From Candidatus Scatovivens sp. (lineage in GTDB: Bacteria; Bacillota; Clostridia; TANB77; CAG-508), in contig JAZRKN010000014.1 in the NCBI GenBank assembly GCA_045646345.1, positions 1-64,000 on the forward strand: a stretch of DNA of 64,000 nucleotides. Reading direction: 5' to 3'. Of this stretch, positions 28,672 through 38,472 are shown in pieces (the stretch's first letter is position 1; each line of letters begins with the position of its first letter). Below the pieces are notes generated by a model, which was not told where the DNA came from, did not search any database, and worked only from the letters and a program-made list of their open reading frames with translations. The position numbers were made by a program, and so were the translations under genes.

Positions 28672-30825
28672 GTGGACAAAATTTTTAAGAAAATAGCAGA
28701 AGAATTAAGCATAAGAGAATCTCAAGTTGAAGCTACTGTTAAACTTATAGATGAAGGAAATACAATACCATTTATTGCTCGTTATAGAAAAGAAGTAACA
28801 GGAAATTTAAGTGACGAAACTTTAAGAGATTTAGGAGAAAGATTAACATATCTTAGAAACTTAGAAAAGAGAAAAGAAGAAATAATAAGATTAATAGATG
28901 AACAAGGAAAACTAACAGATGAACTTACAATAAAAATTGCAAGTACAATGGTTTTATCTGAACTTGAAGATATCTACAGACCTTATAAACCTAAAAAAAG
29001 AACAAGAGCAACTATAGCAAAAGAAAAAGGATTAGAACCTTTGGCTAATATTATTTATCTTCAACAAGAAAAAAATGATATTTATGAAGTTGCAAAAGAA
29101 TATATAAATGAAGAAAAAGAAGTAAATACAGCAGAAGATGCAATTGTAGGGGCATTAGACATAATAGCTGAAAATATTGCTGACGATGCAGATTATAGAA
29201 AGAAAATTAAATCTTTCTGTTTTAGAGAAGCGGTTATAACAAGCAAAGCCTCTAAAGAGGAAGAAAAATCTGCTTATGAAATGTATTATGATTTTAAAGA
29301 ACCAATTTTAAAAATACCAAGTCATAGAATATTAGCTATAAACAGGGGAGAGAATGAAGAATTCTTAAAAGTAAAAGTGGAAAAACCGGAAGAAAAAATC
29401 TTAGATTATTTGAAAAAACAAATTATTAGAGATTTCAAAAGTCAATTTAATGAACCTTTAACAACTGCAATAGAAGATTCTTATAAAAGATTAATTGAAC
29501 CATCTATTGAAAGAGAAATTAGAAGTGATTTAACAGAACGTTCAGAAGAACAAGCTATAAAAGTATTTGGTAAAAATGCAAAACAACTTTTACTTCAACC
29601 ACCAATTAAAGAGATGACTGTTATGGGATTTGACCCAGCTTATAGAACTGGGTGTAAAATAGCTGTAATTGATAAAACAGGAAAACTTTTAGATACTACA
29701 ACAGTATATCCAACAGAGCCTCAAAATGATGTTGAAGGTGCAAAAAAGGTATTAAAAGAATTAATTAAAAAACACAAAATAAATATGATTGCTATAGGAA
29801 ATGGAACTGCATCTAGAGAATCTGAAAGTTTTGTATCTAATATGATAAAAGAAATAGATTCAGAACTTTATTATGCAATAGTAAGTGAAGCAGGAGCATC
29901 TGTATATTCAGCATCAAAACTTGCAACTGAAGAATATCCAGATATAAATGTTTCTTTAAGAGGAGCGATTTCAATTGCAAGAAGATTACAAGATCCACTT
30001 TCAGAACTTGTAAAAATAGATCCTAAAGCAATTGGGGTTGGACAATATCAACATGATGTTAATCAAAAGAAATTATCAGAAAGTTTAACAGGTGTTGTTG
30101 AAGATGCAGTTAACTCTGTAGGTGTTGATGTTAATACTGCTACTCCATCATTATTATCTTATGTTTCTGGAATTAATAGCACAATTGCTAAAAACATTGT
30201 AAAATTTAGAGATGAAAATGGTGAAATTAAACAAAGAAAAGATCTATTAAAAGTTCCAAAACTTGGACCAACAGCATATAAACAATGTGCAGGATTTATT
30301 CGTATATTTAATGGTAAAAACCCATTAGAAGTTACAGCAGTTCACCCAGAAAGTTATGATGTTGCTGAAAAGTTATTAACAAAATTGGGATATTCTGTGG
30401 ATTCTTTGGTGCAAAAATCAAGTCTAGAGACTTTAAGAAATGACTTATCTAAAGTTGACGTTGTTAAAATGTCAGATGAACTTGGAGTTGGTGGTTTAAC
30501 ATTAAAAGATATTATAGATGAACTTTCAAAACCAGGTAGAGATCCAAGAGAAGACTTACCAAAACCAATTTTAAGAAGTGATGTATTAAAATTTGAAGAT
30601 TTACAAGAGGGAATGGAACTTACAGGAACTGTTAGAAATGTAATAGATTTTGGAGCATTCGTTGATGTTGGAGTTAAACATGATGGATTAGTTCACATAT
30701 CAGAAATGGCAGATAGATACATTAAAAATCCTTCAGAAGTAGTTTCAGTAGGGGATATAGTTAAAGTTAAAGTAATAGGTATAGATAGAGTAAAACAAAA
30801 GGTTAGTTTATCAATGAAAATATAA
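28672..30825 (+). CDS. tex: Tex family RNA-binding transcriptional accessory protein
   Basis: GNTIPFIARYRKE, DPAYRTGCK, IGNGTASRE, GVGQYQHDV, C-terminal S1 domain. Confidence 0.95.
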   Translation: MDKIFKKIAEELSIRESQVEATVKLIDEGNTIPFIARYRKEVTGNLSDETLRDLGERLTYLRNLEKRKEEIIRLIDEQGKLTDELTIKIASTMVLSELEDIYRPYKPKKRTRATIAKEKGLEPLANIIYLQQEKNDIYEVAKEYINEEKEVNTAEDAIVGALDIIAENIADDADYRKKIKSFCFREAVITSKASKEEEKSAYEMYYDFKEPILKIPSHRILAINRGENEEFLKVKVEKPEEKILDYLKKQIIRDFKSQFNEPLTTAIEDSYKRLIEPSIEREIRSDLTERSEEQAIKVFGKNAKQLLLQPPIKEMTVMGFDPAYRTGCKIAVIDKTGKLLDTTTVYPTEPQNDVEGAKKVLKELIKKHKINMIAIGNGTASRESESFVSNMIKEIDSELYYAIVSEAGASVYSASKLATEEYPDINVSLRGAISIARRLQDPLSELVKIDPKAIGVGQYQHDVNQKKLSESLTGVVEDAVNSVGVDVNTATPSLLSYVSGINSTIAKNIVKFRDENGEIKQRKDLLKVPKLGPTAYKQCAGFIRIFNGKNPLEVTAVHPESYDVAEKLLTKLGYSVDSLVQKSSLETLRNDLSKVDVVKMSDELGVGGLTLKDIIDELSKPGRDPREDLPKPILRSDVLKFEDLQEGMELTGTVRNVIDFGAFVDVGVKHDGLVHISEMADRYIKNPSEVVSVGDIVKVKVIGIDRVKQKVSLSMKI

Positions 30826-30960
30826 ATGATGTATGAAAAGGATTAAAGCATTTGCTTTAATCCTTTTTTGTACCGATAATTCAAAATTGACTTTTTATGT
30901 AAATCATGCTATAATAAAGTATACGCTTATAAACCTGTATACATGATAAGGAGGGCTACT

Positions 30961-31542
30961 ATGCCGAGAATGATGAAGAGAAAGATTTCCGCCCACGAAG
31001 CAATGTCCATGTATCTGGAGGAAAAGGAGCTCATGATGAGCAACCTGCCGATGGATTCCGAGCGCATCAAGCGCGAGATCGAGGAGTGCTATGCACTGTA
31101 CAACCAGGATCTTATGCTCACCGGTTTGACCGAGTGTGATGTGGAACTGGATGAGGACGTGGCTTGGGCTGCGTATTTCTGGGCCGTCAACAATGAGCTG
31201 ATCGACGAGCAGTCTACCGAGGAGGAGACCCGTGAGGCTATCCGTGCTTACTTTGAGGAGCTGGATGCTGAGGATGATCCCGAGGAAGAGAATGCTCCGC
31301 TCAAGGACATGAAGGCTGCTGATCGCCGTAAGAAGGATGCCCGTCATAAGAAGCGCGTTCGTCGCAACGCTATCAACGCTATGCGTAACAATGGTAAGCG
31401 TGGCGAGGACGACCAGATGGGTTCTTCCTGTCGTGGCGGTGTGATCGTTAAGGATCCTAAGAGCCTGACTGCGAAGACGGACGAGGTATGGAAGCGTGCT
31501 GAGAAGATGAAGTTGGTGGATGACACCACCGTTGTCGACTAA
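30961..31542 (+). CDS. Hypothetical protein, strongly GC-richer solo gene
   Basis: Promoter TTGACT-17-TATAAT (~30887-30915), RBS AAGGAGG, terminator gaggtg-gctcc/ggagc-cacctc; acidic N-half, basic C-half. Confidence 0.8.
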   Translation: MPRMMKRKISAHEAMSMYLEEKELMMSNLPMDSERIKREIEECYALYNQDLMLTGLTECDVELDEDVAWAAYFWAVNNELIDEQSTEEETREAIRAYFEELDAEDDPEEENAPLKDMKAADRRKKDARHKKRVRRNAINAMRNNGKRGEDDQMGSSCRGGVIVKDPKSLTAKTDEVWKRAEKMKLVDDTTVVD

Positions 31543-31653
31543 CATAAATCTCTGCATAATCCTTTGAGGTGTGCTCCGAAAGGAGCCACCTCTTTCTTTT
31601 TTCAAATAAAAACACTATATTGAAGAAATACTTCAATATAGTGTTTATTTGTT

Positions 31654-32442
31654 TTATATAGTTATTATTTTTCCAGGTGCATTTCTATTTGCTACACTGA
31701 TGTTTATTTTATTTATATCTGAATTATTATTCATAAGTTCTTCTGCAACAGTTTGGTATGCTAGTTCTGGAAAATTATTTTCTTTACTTAAATGTCCAAG
31801 GACTACTTGTTTTAAATCTTTTTTCATTAAAGCAGAAATTGTTTTTCCAGCTGTTTCATTTGATAAGTGACCGTGAGGTCCAGCAATTCTTTGCTTTAAA
31901 TGAAATGGATATTTTGACACTTTTAATATTTCTGGATCATAATTTGATTCAAGTAATATAAAAGAACTTTTTTCAAGTTGTTTAAAAATATCATTATTCA
32001 TATGACCTAAGTCTGTTGCGATACTTAATTTTCTTTTTCCATTATGTATATTGAAACCACAAGGATTTGCGGCATCATGTGGCGTGCTAAAAGGATGAAT
32101 GGTTAAATCGTTTAAAAGGAAATCTTCGTCGTTATTAAAATATTTTATATTTTCAAAGGCTACTTTTTCTTTTTGTTTTTCCATAGCATTCCAAGTTTCT
32201 AAATTTGCATAAACTGGAATATTATATTTTTTTGAAACCATTCCTAAACTTTGTATGTGATCAGAATGTTCGTGAGTAACTAAAATAGCATCAATATCTT
32301 CTATTGATGAATCTATTGATGCTAATCCTTCACAAATTTTTTTACAGCTTGTTCCACAATCGATTAAGATTTTTGTGCTTCCTGAACTAACATACAAACA
32401 GTTTCCTGAGCTTCCACTATACAAGCTACAAAATTTTAACAT
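31654..32442 (-). CDS. MBL-fold metallo-hydrolase (YycJ/WalJ-like)
   Basis: SLYSGSSGN, THEHSDH, PHDA, ATDLG, ESNYD, GHLSN, LGHLSKENN. Confidence 0.92.
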   Translation of the reverse strand: MLKFCSLYSGSSGNCLYVSSGSTKILIDCGTSCKKICEGLASIDSSIEDIDAILVTHEHSDHIQSLGMVSKKYNIPVYANLETWNAMEKQKEKVAFENIKYFNNDEDFLLNDLTIHPFSTPHDAANPCGFNIHNGKRKLSIATDLGHMNNDIFKQLEKSSFILLESNYDPEILKVSKYPFHLKQRIAGPHGHLSNETAGKTISALMKKDLKQVVLGHLSKENNFPELAYQTVAEELMNNNSDINKINISVANRNAPGKIITI

Positions 32443-32459
32443 ATTTTTTCCCCTGTTTA

Positions 32460-33722
32460 CTAATCTTCATTAACTCTTTCGATTTTTGCTCCAAGTTTTC
32501 TGAATTTTTCTTCTATGTTTTCATAACCACGATCAATATGGTTTAAATTATAAATTTCTGTTTTTCCTTCTGCTATAATTCCTGCGATTATTAAAGCTGC
32601 TCCAGCTCTTAAATCTGATGCATAAACTGGTGCAGAAGTAAGCTTATTAACACCTTCAAAGAAAGCGCTTTTTCCTTGAGCGGTAATTTTAGCTCCCATT
32701 TTATTTAATTCGTTTGTATATTGGAATCTAGAATCCCAAATACTTTCATGAATTGTACTTGTTCCTTCAGATATTGATAAAAGTACTCCCATTTGTGGTT
32801 GTAAATCTGTCGGAAAACCAGGATAAGGTAATGTTTTTATTGTTGCTTTACGAGTTCTTTTTGAATACCAAACTCTTAAATGATCTCCGTTGGCATCAAC
32901 ATTTCCACCAACTTCTACGATTTTTGCGATAATTGATTCTAAGTGTTTTGTAATACAATTTTTGATTATTACATCACCTTTAGAAGCAACTGCAGCAATC
33001 ATAAATGTTCCGGCTTCAATTTGATCTGGAACTACAGAATATGTAGAACCACCTTTTAATTCTTTAACTCCATTTACTTTGATTATATCTGTTCCTGCAC
33101 CTCTGATGTCTGCTCCCATTGTATTTAAGAAGTTTGCAACGTCTACGATATGAGGTTCTTTTGCAGCGTTATCAATGATTGTTGTTCCTTCTGCTAAAAC
33201 TGCAGCAAGCATTGCATTCATTGTTGCTCCAACAGATACAACGTCCATATAAACTGAAGTTCCTTTTAGTTTTTTTGCTTTTGCAACTATATTACCATTA
33301 GAAACTTCAACATTTGCGCCTAAAGCTTCAAAAGTTTTGATATGTTGATCTATAGGTCTTGCACCTAAATTACATCCTCCTGGAAGACCAACTTTTGCAC
33401 TTTTACATCTTCCAAGTAAAGCTCCAAGAAGATAATAAGAAGCTCTAAATTTTCTTGTTGTTTCTATTGGAACATTATTGCAATTTATGTTTCTTGTATC
33501 TATAGTTACTTCATGTTCTGAATTCCAAGTAATAACTGCTCCTAATTCTTTTAATATATCACAATATAATTTAACATCACTTATATTTGGTAAATTTTCA
33601 ATTGTACAAATTCCATTTATTAATAAAGTTGCTGGTATAATTGCTACAGCAGCATTTTTTGCACCGCTAATAACAACTTCACCTTTTAAAGGTGTTTTCC
33701 CAGTTATAACTAACTTTTCCAA
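32460..33722 (-). CDS. murA: UDP-N-acetylglucosamine 1-carboxyvinyltransferase
   Basis: ISGAKNAA, RASYY, PGGCNLGARPIDQH, PDQIEAGT, YPGFPTDLQ, SDLRAGA; likely TTG start at 33722. Confidence 0.96.
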   Translation of the reverse strand: MEKLVITGKTPLKGEVVISGAKNAAVAIIPATLLINGICTIENLPNISDVKLYCDILKELGAVITWNSEHEVTIDTRNINCNNVPIETTRKFRASYYLLGALLGRCKSAKVGLPGGCNLGARPIDQHIKTFEALGANVEVSNGNIVAKAKKLKGTSVYMDVVSVGATMNAMLAAVLAEGTTIIDNAAKEPHIVDVANFLNTMGADIRGAGTDIIKVNGVKELKGGSTYSVVPDQIEAGTFMIAAVASKGDVIIKNCITKHLESIIAKIVEVGGNVDANGDHLRVWYSKRTRKATIKTLPYPGFPTDLQPQMGVLLSISEGTSTIHESIWDSRFQYTNELNKMGAKITAQGKSAFFEGVNKLTSAPVYASDLRAGAALIIAGIIAEGKTEIYNLNHIDRGYENIEEKFRKLGAKIERVNED

Positions 33723-33913
33723 AATATATACCCCCAATATTTTGCTTAAAATTATTTGAGTAAAAGTTACTCACCCCAGACTATATCATAAAAGCTTGAG
33801 ATTTACAACATTTTTTTAAAAGTTTAGATATTTGTAGATCGTATAGAAATAGAAATATAAGTATTTTAAAAATATATATTAAGATATCTAAAGCTTGAAG
33901 TGTTAGAGGAAAG

Positions 33914-34528
33914 CTATTTTGAGAAAATTTCGACAATTTTAAATTTTAATTTTACCGAAGTATTAGAATTTTTAATGATTGCAAATTCTTCACTAGAAAG
34001 ATCTTTTTTTAAAGAATTTTCTGAATCTTCATCAATTACACCTGAAGAAATATCAACAAAGCATAAAGGAGGGAAAAGAGAACACCACCAATTTTCTCCG
34101 GAAGCATTTCCAATTTTTATTCTTAAAGCATCATAATTTCCTGCTGGTAAAGAAAGATTTCCATATTGCTTAGTAGGAAATAAATAATTACCAACTTCTA
34201 CTGTGACAGGATAATTGAATCCAGCATCTTGTATGACACTTTCAGCAATTTGTGTGTAGATATTTAAATTTTCTGAAACTTGATAAACAACATCTTGTTT
34301 TGAAATATCAGAAAGATTTTGAGTATTCATATATTCGATAATTTTATCCCTAACCTTTAATTTTAATTCTTGATCTTGTTTTGAATTACTATTTGCTAAG
34401 ATATGAAGTCTAAAAAAATTGTCTGACAGATTTTGCGAAATTGTATTAGCGTATGATGACATATTTATAAATATAAAGCAAAATAAAAGAGATAAAACGA
34501 TAAAAATGTATTTTATTTTTTCTTTCAT
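33914..34528 (-). CDS. spoIIR: Stage II sporulation protein R
   Basis: RLHILANSNS..DQELKLKVRD, FPTKQYG..LPAG.Y.ALRI.IG...G.NWWCSLFPPLCF. Confidence 0.95.
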   Translation of the reverse strand: MKEKIKYIFIVLSLLFCFIFINMSSYANTISQNLSDNFFRLHILANSNSKQDQELKLKVRDKIIEYMNTQNLSDISKQDVVYQVSENLNIYTQIAESVIQDAGFNYPVTVEVGNYLFPTKQYGNLSLPAGNYDALRIKIGNASGENWWCSLFPPLCFVDISSGVIDEDSENSLKKDLSSEEFAIIKNSNTSVKLKFKIVEIFSK

Positions 34529-34752
34529 AAAACCTCCTGAAATAAGTACTTTTTTAATTTGATAAAGAAATTGTCAAATTAACCATAAACTGTATATACA
34601 AGTAAGTATTTACTAAATTTAAAAAAATATGCAAGAAAAATAGAATAAAAGATTAAAATAAATGTCGTCGAAAAAGGGACTACGAAATGAATTGACCCGA
34701 TTTTTTATGAGTGATAAGATTCATTTATAAATAAATATATGGAGGTACTTTT

Positions 34753-35223
34753 ATGATAGAGAAAAAGAAAGTTTGTAGTTTTTTTGTAAGTGAATATCAC
34801 TTATTAACAATTTTATTGCCATATATAAATGAAAAAACAGTTGAAAATAAAAAAGTAGAATTAATGTTAGAAAAAGATATGTTGGAAAAAGCAAAACTAT
34901 ACTTAAAGAAAGTAAGTGAATTTGAAAGTTATAAGTTTTTAAAATTAGGCTGGAAGAAAAATAAAGTGGAAGAATCTTTTTCTAAAAAAGCTAATACAGT
35001 TGTTGTAATTGGTAAGGAAGAATATATAAAAGATGTAAATGAAATATTAGAGAAAAATGCTGAGATAGAAGAAATAATAAATTGTTATAATATTGAATCG
35101 TTAGGAAACTTAAACGAAATTGTATCGATGCATGACTTCGTTCTTAAAACAACAGGAAAAAGTGAAATTACAAAATGTTCACACAATGAACAAAAAAGAA
35201 AAACAATTCAAACACAAATATAG
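34753..35223 (+). CDS. Hypothetical protein
   Basis: 156-aa ORF with RBS GGAGG. Confidence 0.75.
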   Translation: MIEKKKVCSFFVSEYHLLTILLPYINEKTVENKKVELMLEKDMLEKAKLYLKKVSEFESYKFLKLGWKKNKVEESFSKKANTVVVIGKEEYIKDVNEILEKNAEIEEIINCYNIESLGNLNEIVSMHDFVLKTTGKSEITKCSHNEQKRKTIQTQI

Positions 35224-35427
35224 AATAAAGTGTCTGTATGAAAATAGGCTTGTCAAGAGTTTTGTAAAATGTCAAAATTTGTATAAAACCCCTTAAAATA
35301 AAGAGTTTGACTGAAAAGCAAAAAAGACGAAAACCTATGTTGACGAAAGCCTAAAAATGATATAATATATATCAAAATGAAAGTTCAAAATTTGATTTCT
35401 ATGTAATAGAAAGGAGTAAAAAACAGA

Positions 35428-38391
35428 ATGAATACAGAACTAGAAAAAGTAAAAAAAGTTTTAAAAGAATATGGACAAGAACATTTACTTTTAAAATACG
35501 ATGAAATGGATGAGCATGATCAAAGAACATTATTAGATCAAATCGAAGATATTGATTTTGATTTAATGAAAGATTTGTATGAGAAAGCAACAAAACCAGT
35601 AGATTTAGAAACAATAACAATCGAACCAATTGAACATGTTGACAAATCTAAATTAACAGTTGCAGAACGTGAAATGTATGAGAAAAAAGGTATTGAAGCT
35701 ATTAAATACAACAAATTTGCTGTTGTAACAATGGCGGGTGGGCAAGGAACAAGACTTGGACATCCAGGACCAAAAGGAACATATATATTTGATGTTGAGA
35801 AAAATAAATCAATATTCGAAACATTATGTGAAACATTAAAAGAAGCATGGAAAACATATGATACAGTTATTCCTTGGTATTTAATGACAAGTAGAGAAAA
35901 TAATGATGCTACAGTAAAATTCTTTGAAGAACACAATTATTTTGGGTATCCTCAAGAAGCTGTTCACTTCTTTAAACAAGGTGAATTACCAATGCTTGAT
36001 TTAAAAGGAAAAATTCTTTTAGAAAAAGATGGTATGGTTAAAAAAGCAGCTAACGGACATGGTGGTACTTTACAATCAATGGAAAGAGCACAAGTTCTTG
36101 AAGAAATGAAAGAAAATGGAATTGAATGGGTATTTATAAATGGTGTTGATAACGTATTAGTAAAACCAGTAGATCCATTATTAATAGGTATGTCAATTCA
36201 TAACAAAGTTTTTGCAGCAGCAAAAGCAATTGAAAAAACTGATCCAAAAGAAAAAGTAGGTGTTCTTTGTAGAAAAAATAAAAAAGTAGGTGTTGTAGAA
36301 TACACTGAAATTTCAGAAGAAATGGCTAACTTAAGAGATGACTATGGTTCTTTAGTATTTGGTGACGGTAACGCAGTATTCCACCTTTACCATATCAAAG
36401 GATTAGAAAAAATTAGCCAAGTAAGTCTTCCATATCATACAGCAGTTAAGAAAGCTAATTATTTAGATTCAGAAGGAAACGAAGTTGTAGCTGAAAAACC
36501 AAATGCATACAAATTTGAAATGTTCATATTTGACTCATATGAAATGTTTGATGATGTTGTTGTATTAAGAGTAAAAAGAGAAGAAGAATTTGCTCCAATC
36601 AAAAATGCAGAAGGACAAGATAGCCCTGAAACTGCAAGAAAATTATATAAAGACTATATGAACAAAGTTGAATATAATAAAAGATATAAACAATGGTCAA
36701 CAAGTCATATTTTTGATGATGAAACAAGAAAAGAATTATTAAAAATTGCAGGAAATGAAGAAGAAATCAAAGACAGATTCTATAAAGACTTAGAATTCGG
36801 AACAGCAGGAATGAGAGGTGTTATTGGAAACGGTACAAATAGAATGAATGTTTATACTGTTACAAAAGCAACTCAAGGTTTATCAAATTACATCTTAAGA
36901 CAAGGAACAGAAAATAAAGGGGTAGCAATAGCATATGATTCAAGAAATATGTCTCCAGAATTTGCAGAAGCAACAGCTCTTTGCTTTAATGCAAATGGAA
37001 TCAAAACATATATATTTGATTCATTAAGACCGGTTCCAGAATTATCTTTTGCAGTAAGAGAATTAGGATGTACAGCAGGTGTTATGATTACAGCTAGCCA
37101 TAACCCACCAGAATATAATGGTTATAAAGTATATTGGGATGATGGAGCACAAATAGTTGCACCACATGACAAAGAAATTATAGCTGAAGTAAATAAAGTA
37201 AAAGATTACTCATTAATCAGATCTATTTCTTTAGAAGAAGCTAAAAAATTAAGATTATATAATGTAATCGGAAAAGCAATGGATAAATTGTACTTACAAG
37301 CAATAAAAAAACAAGTATTAAATCCAGAAGTAATTAAAGAAGTAGGAAAAGATTTAAAAGTAGTATATACTCCATTACATGGAACAGGAAATGAACCTGT
37401 GCAAACAGTATTAGAACAATTAGGATTTGAAAATGTTTATGTAGTTCCAGAACAAGAATTACCAAATGGAAACTTCTCAACAGTAGATTATCCAAATCCA
37501 GAAGATATAAAAGCATTTGATTTAGCACTAAAATTAGCTAAAAAACAAGATGCAGATTTAGTTTTAGCAACAGATCCTGATGCTGATAGATTAGGAGTTT
37601 TAGCTAAAGATTCTAAAACAGGTGAATACATGTCATTCACAGGAAATATGTCAGGATTATTAATTGCTGAATATATTTTAGATCAAAAGAAAGCAAAAAA
37701 ATTAATGCCAAAAAACGGAGCATTAATTACAACAATAGTATCTTCAAATTTAGCACAAGCTATAGCAAAAGAATATAAGTTAGACTTTATTGAAGTTTTA
37801 ACAGGATTCAAATATATAGGAGAACAAATTAGAAACTTCGAAACAACAGGAAGTAACGAATACTTATTTGGATTCGAAGAAAGTTATGGATGCCTAGTAG
37901 GAACACATGCTAGAGATAAAGATGCTATAACTGCAGTTATGATGCTTTGTGAAGCAGCTGCTTACTATAAAAAACAAGGTCTTACTCTATGGGATCAAAT
38001 GATGAACATTTATAAAAAATATGGATTCTATAAAGAAGGAATTTCAACAATTACTTTAAAAGGTGCTGATGGAGCAATAAAAATGAAAGAATTGTTAGAA
38101 GGAATCAGAAATAATCCACCAAAAGAACTTGGAGGATATAAAGTAACAAGAGTGAGAGATTATAAAACAGGAAAAATAGTAGATACAAAAACTGGTAAAG
38201 AGTCTGAAACAGGATTACCAACATCAAATGTTCTATATTATGATTTAGAAAATGATGCTTGGTGTTGTGTAAGACCTTCTGGTACAGAACCAAAAGTTAA
38301 ATTCTACATGGGAGTAAAAGGAAAATCATTAGAAGATGCTGATGAAAAATTAGAAGCATTAAGAAAATCTATGATGGAATTATCTGAATAA
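35428..38391 (+). CDS. Fusion: UDPGP-family (UDP-GlcNAc/UDP-Glc) pyrophosphorylase plus phospho-sugar mutase (PGM/PMM)
   Basis: N-half MAGGQGTRLG...PKG, NGHGG, GVDN, KFEMFIFD, EFAPIKN. C-half FGTAGMRG, ITASHNP, TDPDADR, FEESYG, RPSGTEPK. One uninterrupted frame. Confidence 0.92.
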   Translation: MNTELEKVKKVLKEYGQEHLLLKYDEMDEHDQRTLLDQIEDIDFDLMKDLYEKATKPVDLETITIEPIEHVDKSKLTVAEREMYEKKGIEAIKYNKFAVVTMAGGQGTRLGHPGPKGTYIFDVEKNKSIFETLCETLKEAWKTYDTVIPWYLMTSRENNDATVKFFEEHNYFGYPQEAVHFFKQGELPMLDLKGKILLEKDGMVKKAANGHGGTLQSMERAQVLEEMKENGIEWVFINGVDNVLVKPVDPLLIGMSIHNKVFAAAKAIEKTDPKEKVGVLCRKNKKVGVVEYTEISEEMANLRDDYGSLVFGDGNAVFHLYHIKGLEKISQVSLPYHTAVKKANYLDSEGNEVVAEKPNAYKFEMFIFDSYEMFDDVVVLRVKREEEFAPIKNAEGQDSPETARKLYKDYMNKVEYNKRYKQWSTSHIFDDETRKELLKIAGNEEEIKDRFYKDLEFGTAGMRGVIGNGTNRMNVYTVTKATQGLSNYILRQGTENKGVAIAYDSRNMSPEFAEATALCFNANGIKTYIFDSLRPVPELSFAVRELGCTAGVMITASHNPPEYNGYKVYWDDGAQIVAPHDKEIIAEVNKVKDYSLIRSISLEEAKKLRLYNVIGKAMDKLYLQAIKKQVLNPEVIKEVGKDLKVVYTPLHGTGNEPVQTVLEQLGFENVYVVPEQELPNGNFSTVDYPNPEDIKAFDLALKLAKKQDADLVLATDPDADRLGVLAKDSKTGEYMSFTGNMSGLLIAEYILDQKKAKKLMPKNGALITTIVSSNLAQAIAKEYKLDFIEVLTGFKYIGEQIRNFETTGSNEYLFGFEESYGCLVGTHARDKDAITAVMMLCEAAAYYKKQGLTLWDQMMNIYKKYGFYKEGISTITLKGADGAIKMKELLEGIRNNPPKELGGYKVTRVRDYKTGKIVDTKTGKESETGLPTSNVLYYDLENDAWCCVRPSGTEPKVKFYMGVKGKSLEDADEKLEALRKSMMELSE

Positions 38392-38472
38392 TCTATTTGA
38401 TTTATATATTCTCTAAAAAACCACCCCAATGCTTTTGCATTGGGGTGGTTTTCTTTTAAATATATTATTATT

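Noticed and set aside
30916-31600. Leader-trailer pairing for the solo genes at 30961, 25799, 61311 and 62236
   Set aside because: Only 5-6 bp matches or blocks in non-nested order, which is within chance.
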